DNA from: Amoebidium appalachense
Taxonomy: Eukaryota; Protista; Ichthyosporea
Direction: 5' to 3'
Length of the DNA stretch: 64,000 bases
Assembly (NCBI GenBank): GCA_963693365.1
Contig: CAVNZM010000017.1
Location: 1,837,989 to 1,901,988, forward strand
Shown: in pieces, positions 40,384 through 51,092 of the stretch
Layout: every line of letters begins with the position of its first letter
Numbering within the stretch: position 1 is the stretch's first letter
Made by a program: the position numbers and the translations under genes
The notes under the pieces: generated by a model
Told to the model about the DNA's origin: nothing
The model's input: the letters and a program-made list of their open reading frames with translations, nothing else
The model's database searches: none

Positions 40384-41007
40384 CGCAGAGAGAGGAAAAT
40401 GGCAACAGGAAAGAGGAAATGTGAAGAGGAGTGGAGATGTATGAAAAGGAATGAGGCAAAATAGAAGGCAATGCAGACTTATATATAGGGCAGTAAAAAC
40501 AAAACAAAATGACGACAAATCAGTGAGCAAGCAAGAATGCACCACAAGAGAAAGAAGAACAAACATCCAAAAATTCAAAAATACAGTCGACCCTTGTTTA
40601 GCCTCGTAATATATAGCCGCACACCGTTTATGGCCACATGAACAAAAAAAATATCTATCTGAAACGACGATACACGATTGGATCATCTCAGCAGCAAAAA
40701 ACCAAAAACACCGAAATAGGAGCTTTCTCAAAATTTCTCGAACTTTCTTGAACACTCTGGCATCACTCACCAGTGTGACCATGACGATGGCTTTAACCTG
40801 GTCTGGAGTCTTGCCCAGGAAATGCTGCGAGTTTCAGTGTCGGAGGGGACAAATGTTAGAAGAGAAATCGGTTGAAGCGGCCAAAGGGTTACAAACGGAA
40901 GGGGGGGAGGAGGAGAGGAGGGGGGGGAGGGGGGGGGGGGGGGGGAGAAAGGGGGAGAGGGGGTCGAGGGTAGAGGTAGGTGTATGTATGTATGTATGTG
41001 TGTATGT

Positions 41008-41054
<47 letters not shown>

Positions 41055-42192
41055 GGGGGGAGGGATAAGAATAGCAATCGAACGAGGGGTATCCTGGGTA
41101 AGGTGGGTACTGCAGTGTTGAGAATGGTGGTGAATCGGGAAGGGCGGGGCGGCCGGAGGGGGGGGGGGGGGGGGGGTTTGAATGCGGAACACGGTACGAA
41201 GTACGCATACACGACGAGAAGCATGGTGCAGGACACATGCAAAGGCAAACATTCGGGATAAAGATGCTATGAAAACAGGAAGTTGGAGAAAAGAACTGGG
41301 GGAAGCAGTCTGGAAGAGGTGAGGGTGGGAAGAGAGAGAGAAGGGGTCGGTTGGGGTGGGTGGGTGGGAGTGTGTGTGTGTGTGTGTGTGGGGAGGGGGG
41401 GGGGGGGGGGGGGGGGGGGGATCAATGCACGTAGAGATATGGTCTGATATCCAAAATGACACTTAGATCAAATAGTTGTTTGATTATGCAATCCAGGCCA
41501 GGCTCATCAATTTTTTATTTTATTTTATTTTATTATTATTGGGGGGGGGGGGGGGGGTTTGAATGCGTCAAAAAGTACGAAGTACACAAGAACAAACGGA
41601 TAACACGATGCAGAATGCAAGCCATACATAAAGAGTATGCATAATAAGCAGAGCCCATCCTCAGGGGGGGCCCACGTCATCCACAGTACCCGAGTTTCGA
41701 CCTATTCCCCTCGTTAACGAAACCCAACTCAGATACTGTTTCACTTGAACATGAGTAGGTCACCCGTCTTGATCAGAGACGAGCAGGGTTGCTTATGCAG
41801 GCAAGGGCAGTGGGAAAGGCCGGGGGTTAAAGTTGCAGCAGTAAGCAGAAGCAAGAAAAATATAGATAGGAACTCAGGAGACGGGGCTTCTAGGAAGCTC
41901 CCCCGTCGATACCTAAGTCGATACTTCCCTGGCTAACATACTACACCAGCTGAAAAGAATTAAGTCCCGAAGGCCACAGAATTCGTAATCAGAGGGGAAA
42001 ATATGAGATTTGACCCACGCCGCAGGGTAGTAACGGGGGGGGGGGGGGGAGGGGGGAAGCGGTGCTAAGTCACGACCTATATAACACAAATTATAGATCA
42101 CTTCAGTTGAACCCTGGTGAGTTTAACATCGTCATCAGAAGCCAGGAAATGAGCAACACGGGGGGGAGGGGGGCGGGAGGGTGCCTATTTCG

Positions 42193-42223
<31 letters not shown>

Positions 42224-42377
42224 GGGGGGGGGTTGTAGGACCTGGCAGGCAGCCTTTCTCATTTCTGGAAAGCGGCCCTCAATCTTCACCTGTAGTGGAT
42301 GAGGATGAGGAACGTTATCCCCCCCCCCCCCCGTCCAAAAAAAAAACCATACACACGTAAAAAAAAAAAGAAGAAAA

Positions 42378-42415
<38 letters not shown>

Positions 42416-42489
42416 TCCGCACAAGCACACACACTGAGAGAGAGAGAGGGAGGGGAGGGGGGAGACAGGGAGAGAAAGAGGGAGAGAGG

Positions 42490-42545
<56 letters not shown>

Positions 42546-42625
42546 GAGGGGGAGGGGGAGGGGGAGGGGAGGGAGATGGAGAGGAAGAGGGAGGGAGGGA
42601 GGGAGGGAGGGAGGGAGGGAGGGAG

Positions 42626-42671
<46 letters not shown>

Positions 42672-42955
42672 CTGACCATGACTCAACTAAGACATATAGC
42701 CACTCTGGAGCCCAAAACAGAGCCATGGAGCTAACTAGAGGGGTGGGTGGACGGGGGCGGGCGGGGGAGGGGGGGGGTGGGGGGGGGGGGGGGGGGGGGG
42801 GGGGAGGGAAGGTCCAAAAAATAAGAGGAAGGTACAGAAGTGGACATCTAAAGAACATATCAGGCCTAACGTCTATGTGATAGTAAACTCCTAAACAATC
42901 CTTACAATAGCATACATACAATACAATATCAACCAGCGTCAATAACGGCAACAAT

Positions 42956-42997
<42 letters not shown>

Positions 42998-44521
42998 CAG
43001 CTTGAATCCTACACTCACCTGTGCAACACCAGACACTGAAATCTTGACTCCTTCTTGGGACAGTACTTCGAAGCTCTCGATGATGGCTGTCATAATGTTG
43101 AGGTCGAGGCTGCATTTGGAATAAATGACATTAAAGTTTAAGCTAGGAAAGTTTATAATACCCTATCGAGACAACTGAAGTTCTCGATAACGGCTGCCAA
43201 ATTTAACACTTAAAATTAGACAGTTTTAATAATAACCTCTTGGGACTGTACTTGGAAGCTCGTGATTGTCGCCATCAACATGCTGAGGTCGATTCTGCAT
43301 TTGTAATAATTGACAGTAAAAATTTTAAACTAAGAACATTTGATACCCTCTCGAGACAACTGAAGCTCTCGCGATAATGGCTGCCTAATTTAACACTTGA
43401 ATTTAAGTAGGGACAGTACTTGGAAGCTCGTGATTGTGGCCACCAATATGCTGAGATCGAGGCTGCATTCGGAATAAATGATAATAAAATTTAAAACGAA
43501 TAAACCTCAACACCCCTTTGGACAGTACCATTCCAAGCTCTGCATAATGACTGTCAGTATGATCGGTCGCCGTTGCAATAAGGGGGGGAAAAAGGCATTT
43601 GTTTTAGATCCAAGACAATATTAAATGACTGTTCAATTTTAAACCGGGACACATGCACGGTCATTTGAACTCTACACAGCGTTTAAATCACGCATACGTA
43701 TCAAGGATTATGCTATCCAAATATTAAGGCAAACAAGAACGGCAAACGATATTCCACACTATCAGGTTGTATCATTAATTGTATGCAAGTGGCTTAAGTC
43801 ATTTCAGATAAGTGCTCACTCCCCCCCCCCCCCCCCCCCCCTCCCCCCCCCCCCTCCCCGGGGTACAGAGTCCTTGCTTTCCTTTGAGGGACCTGATCCT
43901 GACTGTGTGTGGGTGCAAGACAAATTGTGTGTGTGGTGTGTGTGTGCGCGCCTGGCTTAAACGTTTGCATACTTCTTTATTCTTATCTCCAGACCTTCCC
44001 ACCCTTCCGAGAAAAAAAGGGGGGGCTAGGGGTGGGTGGGTGGAGGTAGGGGTGGGTGGGTGGGTGGGTGGGTTGGGGGGGGGGGGGGGGGAGGGGGGGG
44101 GGAACGAGGGGAGCGGGGGGAGGGGGGGGGGGTTTAGGGGGGACGGGAGGGGTGTTGTAAACGACTTTCCTTTTATCACCAGCAGTGCGCCATGATCGTT
44201 TGCTATAGATGTAATGTAACCCAATTCTTCAGGTGCTCAATGACAATATCATGCAGTTAGGATGTCTCGCGGTGTGAAAGGAATGCATCGAAAAAGATAC
44301 TTACTATTGGGCTGTCTGGCAGATCGGCCATACGAACACACGTCCTCCCGACACGTAAAGAGGCTCCGAGTATCCACAACCTGACCAATCGAGCAACATG
44401 ATGAGCTTAAAGGCACCATGTGAATGTTTCAAATGCACAATGCCTCAAAAATGAGACAAAGTGTAGATATGAGGCAATGCCTGTTCAAGCGAAAGTATGT
44501 TGGTAGCTGGGGAGTAGGCGG

Positions 44522-44561
<40 letters not shown>

Positions 44562-45051
44562 TTGGGGGGGGGGGGGGGGGGGGGGGGGAGGGAGGGAGGG
44601 GCACGGATGGAGACAGAAAGGGAGGGTGGAGGAAAGAGAGAGGGAGGGGGAGGGGGGTTTGAGAGCGAGAGAGGGGAGGGGGAAAGAGAGAGGGGGGGAG
44701 AGAGAGGGGGGAGGGGGGAACATAGAGAGGGAGAGGGAGGGAGAGGGGTGATGAAGAGGGGCGGAGGGAGGGAGGGAGGGGGAGAGAAAGAGAAAGAGAG
44801 AGAGAGGGGGGGGGGGGAGGGAGGGAAAGAGATGGATAGAGAGAGAGACAGAGGGAGAGAGAGGGAGGGAGAGTTGGAGGGAGGAGAGACGACGGGAGCG
44901 CTGCAGGACTAAACCGGGAGTTGTTGTCTGTGGTTGCCCTTCGAAGGTAGCATAAGGACCTTGCGAAAAAACACAAGCATTCTGCAGAGAAAAACGAGGA
45001 GACAAAGAGGTGGTTCCACGGTTAGTGAGAGTATCGACCTTGCCAGCGCGG

Positions 45052-45086
<35 letters not shown>

Positions 45087-45377
45087 GGGGGGGAGAGGAG
45101 GAGGGAGGGGGGGGGGAGGGGGAGGGGAGGGGAGGGGCGGAGGAGGGTGAGCGGAAGGGGAGAGGAAAGGGGGAGGGGGGATGGGGAAGAGGGGAGGGGG
45201 GGGGGGGAGGGGGAGGGGGGAGAAGGGCTCTGGGGGATGCTATTTTGACCAGGGATTGGAAAAAAGAAGTCGATGCATCTGACATCACAAGCTAGTGCTT
45301 GTTTATAACGGGTATAATCGCTCACCTGCTACAACCATTACTTGGTTGACAGCGGCACTCATGAACCCGAACGGCAT
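30438..45377 (-). CDS. FLOT: Flotillin (SPFH/band-7 plus EA-rich flotillin coiled coil), about 425 aa, 15 resolved exons
   Basis: Exons 45377-45326, 44380-44305, 43109-43019, 42289-42242, 40824-40771, 40086-40045, 38931-38800, 38072-37989, 37332-37252, 36637-36566, 35655-35548, 35089-35016, 33894-33849, 33146-33009 and 31773-31609 chain in frame (421 codons). Motifs [56 protein letters not shown] and LPKVTAEVAAPLS. The last exon is uncertain: candidate 30452-30438 (IVQT*) or read-through to the stop at 31588. Confidence 0.92.
30594..30655. repeat. Degenerate 14-15 bp minisatellite (TGTATGGATATACT)n
   Basis: About four decaying tandem units. Confidence 0.7.
34381..34611. repeat. Two-copy tandem duplication (about 105-125 bp) in a flotillin intron
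   Basis: TTTGGAAAG(TG)n...GAGAGTGGGGTTTGAAGAGGAGGTGGGCTGCAAAACTGGCTGTGAATACGTC...CCTTCGTGTCATC occurs twice; the copies differ mainly in (TG)n length. Confidence 0.9.
41176..41728 (-). repeat. Interspersed intronic repeat family, two copies (about 41176-41256 and 41557-41728)
   Basis: Reverse complements of the copies at about 56712-56857 and 61278-61449. Shared elements are TACTTCGTAC...CGCAT(T/G)CAAACCCC and, in the longer copies, CCCTGAGGA.GG.CTCTGC. Confidence 0.85.
43110..43580 (-). repeat. Degenerate tandem copies of the flotillin exon-3 acceptor and 5' part
   Basis: GGACAGTACTT(C/G)GAAGCTC...GAG(G/A)TCGA..CTGCATT recurs at about 43240, 43410 and 43520, with more decayed units between them. 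Confidence 0.85.
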
Positions 45378-45482
45378 CTTCGGTAAAATGAAACGTAGAA
45401 ACGAGCGTGAACTATTTTTCACAGAATGACAAGGTCGCTGGTAGGTTGTACGTAGAATGTGTCAATGCGCTAAGACTTGGAT

Positions 45483-45534
45483 GCTGGCAACCACTAGGTA
45501 TCAACAAGCTGGCAACCACTAGGTATCAACAAGC
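45483..45534. repeat. Perfect 25-bp tandem duplication upstream of the flotillin ATG
   Basis: GCTGGCAACCACTAGGTATCAACAA occurs at 45483 and 45508. Confidence 0.95.
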
Positions 45535-46560
45535 AGAACATCGAATCGGCTTCAACCTCTCTTTACAAGATTATCCAACTCGCCTCTTTCGAACAAGTTG
45601 CAGGACTAATTTTTTTTTTTTGTGGTTGCCAAGTAATGTTTCATGGACTTTTTCTTCTATGCTCAAAAATACGTACAGCTATTATAGCAACATCTTTCAG
45701 ATATCATTGTTGTCGTTTTCTTCCCCCTGATCTTTCTTCGAGAATTCTCCAGGAAGCCTTTTGCCCGTTGTTTGTTTTCTTGCTCCAACTTTGTCTTCGC
45801 GCCGTACTTGTCTCCTTATACTCAACCCTAAACAGGTAACCCTGGCATGTCGTCCAAATTTCCAAATGTACAATTAAAATAATTTTGGTATATTAGCCAA
45901 AACTTATTTCAAGCTGTACATAAGTGTTTTATTCTTGAAACAAAACTATAAACCAGAAGTTTAAATTTTTTCCAGTTTTTTTGGTGTTTCTAGGCCGCCT
46001 ACTGGAAGATAAAAAATTGTCTATGATGGCTGTAAATCGTTTGAAAGGGGTACGCAATAATAATTTGTAGAGTTTAGAAGACTTTTTGCCAACCAATCAA
46101 AAAAGTTAACCGCTTTGGCGTCATTATTAGACTCAAGTTGCATGTTGACTGAGCCGTAGGCTCAGAGAAAGATGCTTGTGTCACCATGACTTGAATCCGT
46201 TAATTAATTAAAAAAAGAAAAACAGTATTGCCGATAGAAAACAGAGAAAAAGAAGAGAGAGCGGCAGACCAGCTGTGGTCCTCGAGGCTTGAGCTCTGGA
46301 GCTCGCGAGCCTGTAAAAAAACGGTATCAACAAAATGACGTCACCATATAGCGCTATATATAGACGGGGTTTACGCTGTTTACTCGAGGCAAAGAGAACC
46401 AGTCTCAGGTATGGGGGGGGGGGTTTTGCTCGGAATATCCCCTCAGCGGTATATCATGATCACGTACATAGATGTCGGGTGGTGACTATATATCAGGGTT
46501 TACTTTCTCTACGAGACACCATAAAGACTACAAGGAGAAATCAATTAGTTGGGGTTCCCC

Positions 46561-46610
<50 letters not shown>

Positions 46611-46642
46611 GGGCTCCCCTCGGGACACTCGGTATCAGCTGG

Positions 46643-46699
<57 letters not shown>

Positions 46700-46719
46700 T
46701 GTGTGTGTGTGCGCGTGCG

Positions 46720-49700
46720 CTATAATTTTGTAGTGATGTGTTTCTCAAGCCAATCAATACATCTAATAAACAGGTCGTAGTTACGCGTGTTTAGTATAAA
46801 ATCAAGGATGTTGTAATTTACAGGTAGGCTATCTTTCTGGGTGTCTGTTGTGAATGTGACGTGTGTGTGTTGCGGTATTATGTGGTCTATCAAACTACAT
46901 TTGGCGATACATGACCGGTTAAACTGGTGTGTGTGTGTGTTGTTTGGGCATGCAAATGATGCCACCTTATACTTATTAGATCTCCACTGTATAGCACGTG
47001 TACAGTAAAAGCGTGGTAATTGATCAATAATACCATCAGCTAGAGAAAGACCAGTTCTACAGGAAGGTAATATGTATTTAGGTGTTATACACTTGCGAGT
47101 GCCATATTTGGCAATATGGTTGAGGCGGTCAGTATATATAAAACGAGACATAAGGCTTAGTTTTTCAAGGTGTATGCTTTCATCGGGTCTAGTGTCGTGT
47201 GGTATCTTTTTCCATTTGTTATATTGCGTGATTATCTTGTGATTGTGTACATGTTTAATAAGTAAGTGGCAGTCCAAAGTCACACACACACTATTGCGGG
47301 GTTTATTTGTATTTGTGCCCAGGGGAGAAGGGGAGAGAGAGGGGAGGAAAGAGGGGAGAGGTGAGGAGGGGACAGGTCGGATAGAGAAGAGAGGGTGGGA
47401 GGGCAAATACTTCTTTAAGCGGCTTATGTGCTTATTGAATTTCAGCGCGAGATAGGATACTCTAGCAGCTATTGGGACCAGACCATATATCGAGAGCGTT
47501 ACAGGCCCAGGTTTACAACAGTTGTTAGATAGAAAGGAGGCAACTTCTGCTTCAAGGAAATTTGCCAAGGGTTTAAGCGCTCTAGTTCTCTCTTTCTTGA
47601 TCCAAGCGGCGAGAAGGGGTAAACCATATTCACATGCCGGGAAGACAAAAGTGCGAATAAATGTAAGTCTAATAGAAGGATGGAGGGGTGTGTCTTTAAA
47701 AATATTAGCCGAGAAGAAAGCTAACCGCTTACGAGCCAACTCTACCCTCTTTTCGACCATATGGGGAAACATAACACCAACAGAATCAACCGGAACACCA
47801 AGATATTTGTATTCTGGAACTATAGGTACAGGTTTAGATGATAATGTAAATGTGTGTAAATTGTTAGCTATATCAGGTACAAGAACACCACATTTGTCTA
47901 TGTTAAGGATCATAAGGTTTGCCTTGCACCACTCTGACACTACATCGAACAATCTTTGCAGGCGTCTAGGGGTACGGGCAAGGAGGGACAGATCATCAGC
48001 ATAGAGAAGTGCAGGCGGAAAGTTATTAATAGGGTCATCGTTTTCGGCGTAAATCTTGACAGCCAAATCATCTATAAATAGGTTAAACAAAAAGGGGCTA
48101 AGCAATGAACCCTGCAAGAGACCTCTAGTACGAGCAAAACCATATGAAAGATGCCCATTAACCACAGCTCTACCATAGGTTTGAGACAAGAGTGCTTCTA
48201 ACAGAACACCAATGCAGTGTGGTACACCCCGTGCAGCAAGCTTTTCCCATAGGAGACCAGGGGAGACAGAATCGTAAGCAGTTTTCCAATCAATAAAGCC
48301 AACATATTGTGCACCAACTTGCATAGAATCGTGCAGTGCCATTATTTGAACATAACATGAATTGTTTTTACGAAAAGCGGATTGGCATGGGTGTATGTGA
48401 AGAATAGATTGAAACCTAGGGTGATGTGCAAATAACCTAAGTAAGCAAGCTTCAAAGAATCTACGAACAACCTGGGTTAGTGTAATGGGGCGAAAGGATG
48501 ATATGGGGCCCTCAGAGTCCTTCTTAACTATGGGGATCACTAAGGTATCTAACCAAGATGACGGGACATGTCCACATTTAACACACCAAGAAAAGAGAGA
48601 GCTTAACATGATAGTAAGATCAGGTTTAATAGCACGATCACTTTCCTTTTGTGGGTAGGAGGGAACAAGGATTTTAAGAAACCCAGCAGGGAGTCCATCA
48701 GGTCCACAAGACTTACTAGAGCTATAACTAGATATCACAGACCATATGGCATCGGGACTGAAAAAGGGGAGGATCGATTCTATGGGGATAGATGGGTCTA
48801 CAGGCCACACAATAGGTTTCTGAGCGGGGGTCCTATCTTTAAACAGTTCCGAGAAATACTTATCAGAGTCTATGAGGGGGTCTCCAGTGGTATCACCAAT
48901 AATACGAGCAGGGGGGCCAAATCGATTCATACTAGCAAGCCGGCGCAAGCTTTCCTTTTGAGACAGGGGTTCACCTAGTCTAGCGGGAGTGGTGTTTGGT
49001 AACAAGAGAGCATCGGGATATTCCTTCCTACCACCGCCAGCATAATCACCGAGATCTATCAAATCATCAACAATAAAGTTAGTGCATGTATCTAGTACGA
49101 GATGTGAATCTGGCCTGGCTTGTGCAGATTCTAATAGGCGCATATATATAGGGTGTTTCGTAGCATAGCATACACATACATCAACTCTACCCCACTGTGA
49201 CTTAAGCTGGGATAGACGGAGGCGAAAGGTGGGAGGGGGAGGGGGGAGCAGATCAAGGGAGATCTTAGGTAGGAAAAGGATAGGAGAGTGGTCAGATGAC
49301 CTAGAGAGGTTAGGAGGGAGAGAGAGTTTTGACATGGTTGATGGCCAAAAGGCCACTCCCCAGTCGGTGTTGTGGGCATGGGATATTTGAGGGAACCGCA
49401 AAGTGTGACTTTGGACATACCTTGCTAAAGGGATAGCACGCTCCGGGGGCTTAGATGGGTACCCGACACTCACTTGCAGTGTGTCTGTGTGGTGGAGTCG
49501 CGTGTTAAAATCACCTAAAATAACAGTGGACATTGGTAACTGTGACAACTCGTGAGTCAATTCGACAACCGACATAGATGGTGGGTAATATACAAAAGTA
49601 AAAACATTAGAAAGAAACTCTATAGAAACCGAGAATTCCGTTTTTGCTACCGGTTTGCACTTCACTCTCACGTGTGGTGCGGCAAGTACAATAATGCCTC

Positions 49701-49915
49701 GGTTTTTCGCGTAACCGGGGTGTGTGGATGTGTCGACCAATGTAGAGTTGAATTTGTGGTGGTTTTTAAACTGTGTTTCGCAAATCACTGTAAACGTGTG
49801 GTTGTTTGTCTGTTGTTGTATGTAGCTGATTTTATCGTCGAGTGTCCCGGGGGGGGAGGCCCTTTTGGGGGCCCAGTGTCCGAGCATTCCAGAAGAAGAA
49901 GGATAAATTAGGCAT
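46720..49915 (-). CDS. LINE ORF2: AP endonuclease plus reverse transcriptase; likely start at ATG 49915 with a frame discontinuity at about 49881-49841
   Basis: APE motifs WNART (in the upstream frame), VICET, VYYPP, ILGDFN, TDW and SSDH. RT motifs GPDG, FRPITL, QSAFR, FIDWKTAYDSV, GLLQGSLLSPFLF, LYADD and YKYLGV. The C-terminal segment is Cys/His-rich. The open frame in the ORF track spans 50028-46720. Confidence 0.93.
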
Positions 49916-51092
49916 CGGTTTGGTCCGACACCTGTGGGGTTGGTTCCCACTTGTCGCTTACGGGGTCGTATGCACGACCTTCCGCCAGCGCGAACAGTTC
50001 GCAGAAGAGCTCGATTTCCATCTCGCATCGGCGTTTGCGCTCGAGCAGTTTCTCACCAGAAAACATTGGTTCCTTCGTGTCCGTGTCTATCACGCTCGTA
50101 GCATCGTTTTCCAACTTTGCGAGGAACTCTTTTGCCTTGCTGATGCGTACACGACAACGTGTGGCGCACGCATTCTTAGCAGACACTTTACGTTCTTTGT
50201 CTGCTTTCTGAATGTTTTCCGGCGCGCATGGGTCGTAGCTTGGGAGGTGGGTGAAGAAGCTTCCACACCCCTTTGTCGCGTCACGGATGAACGCACGGTT
50301 ATAGTCGCCCCGTACTGCTACTTCCAGCACATCGTATCCAATGAAGGACAGACAAAGGATGCGAGAGCACCGGAAGCCGAGAGCCTTGAAGATGGACCAC
50401 ATGGCCCTGTGTGGGCGTCTGCCGTGCTTGACTTTGAAATACACCCTCTCGTATTTGGGTGGGATGTTGATGTTACCGTTTGCTTGGGTGTTCCCCTTAG
50501 CCGGCGGTTTGGGAGGGGAGTTGCGGCGGTACTCGTTGCCTGCAAGAATGCTGGCATATGTTTCCTTGGCAATTTGGCGGAGCTCGGGTGTTTTACGAGA
50601 GTTCGCATATTCTAGGAACTCTGCCGGGAGCTGTGCTTCCGGTCCTGTGTTGTTTTGTGTTGGGGTGGAAATGTCTCCGTCGCGAGATGTTTGCTCATGA
50701 GTTTTGGGGTTTTGCGATCCACTAATGTTTAGCTGGGCTGTGAGTGAATCAATGGTGAGCTTGAGTTGGGTATTTTCTGTTTGGAGTTTTTCTATCATGT
50801 TCTTGAGTGGTAACAGCTCATTTAGCTGTTTCTTAACGAGGGCAAGTTCTGCCAGTACTGTATCAACCGAAAGTTTCGGCATGGTTGTTATTGTGTTTCT
50901 ACGGAGTGGTGTGGTGTTATTCTGAATGGGTAGTGTATTGTAAATAGGTGTTGCGCTTAGTCTAAGGCGATGTTTTTCTGGTTGTGCATCTGTGGTAGGT
51001 GTATCTGCTGGACGTTTTAATGGTCGCACATGTGTGATGGGTGTAGATGGAACTTTGAAAGAGGTTCTGAAACGATTATAGGCATGTGCCAT
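49908..51092 (-). CDS. LINE ORF1 (394 aa; coiled coil plus putative RNA-binding domain)
   Basis: Intact ORF directly upstream of ORF2. It has a heptad segment LAELALVKKQLNELLPLKNMIEKLQTENTQLKLTIDSLTAQL, a TYASIL motif and a basic C-terminal half. Its last codons GAT-GCC-TAA overlap the ORF2 ATG. Confidence 0.85.
   Translation of the reverse strand: MAHAYNRFRTSFKVPSTPITHVRPLKRPADTPTTDAQPEKHRLRLSATPIYNTLPIQNNTTPLRRNTITTMPKLSVDTVLAELALVKKQLNELLPLKNMIEKLQTENTQLKLTIDSLTAQLNISGSQNPKTHEQTSRDGDISTPTQNNTGPEAQLPAEFLEYANSRKTPELRQIAKETYASILAGNEYRRNSPPKPPAKGNTQANGNINIPPKYERVYFKVKHGRRPHRAMWSIFKALGFRCSRILCLSFIGYDVLEVAVRGDYNRAFIRDATKGCGSFFTHLPSYDPCAPENIQKADKERKVSAKNACATRCRVRISKAKEFLAKLENDATSVIDTDTKEPMFSGEKLLERKRRCEMEIELFCELFALAEGRAYDPVSDKWEPTPQVSDQTDA

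Noticed and set aside
43110-43580. CRISPR-like repeat-spacer array
   Set aside because: The units are degenerate copies of the adjacent flotillin exon in a eukaryotic intron, with no unique spacers and no cas genes.
49841-49881. The 34-nt ORF2 gap as a spliceosomal micro-intron
   Set aside because: No GT/GC...AG or AT...AC boundaries exist at any register within the direct repeat.
49916-50028. ORF2 start at ATG 50028 as given by the ORF track (or at ATG 49887)
   Set aside because: The resulting N-terminus lacks the conserved APE Asn motif, which is present in the frame opened by ATG 49915.
49842-50615. 257-aa + strand ORF and other ORFs antisense to the LINE or Cdc20
   Set aside because: They are antisense shadows of real coding sequence with no recognisable motifs.
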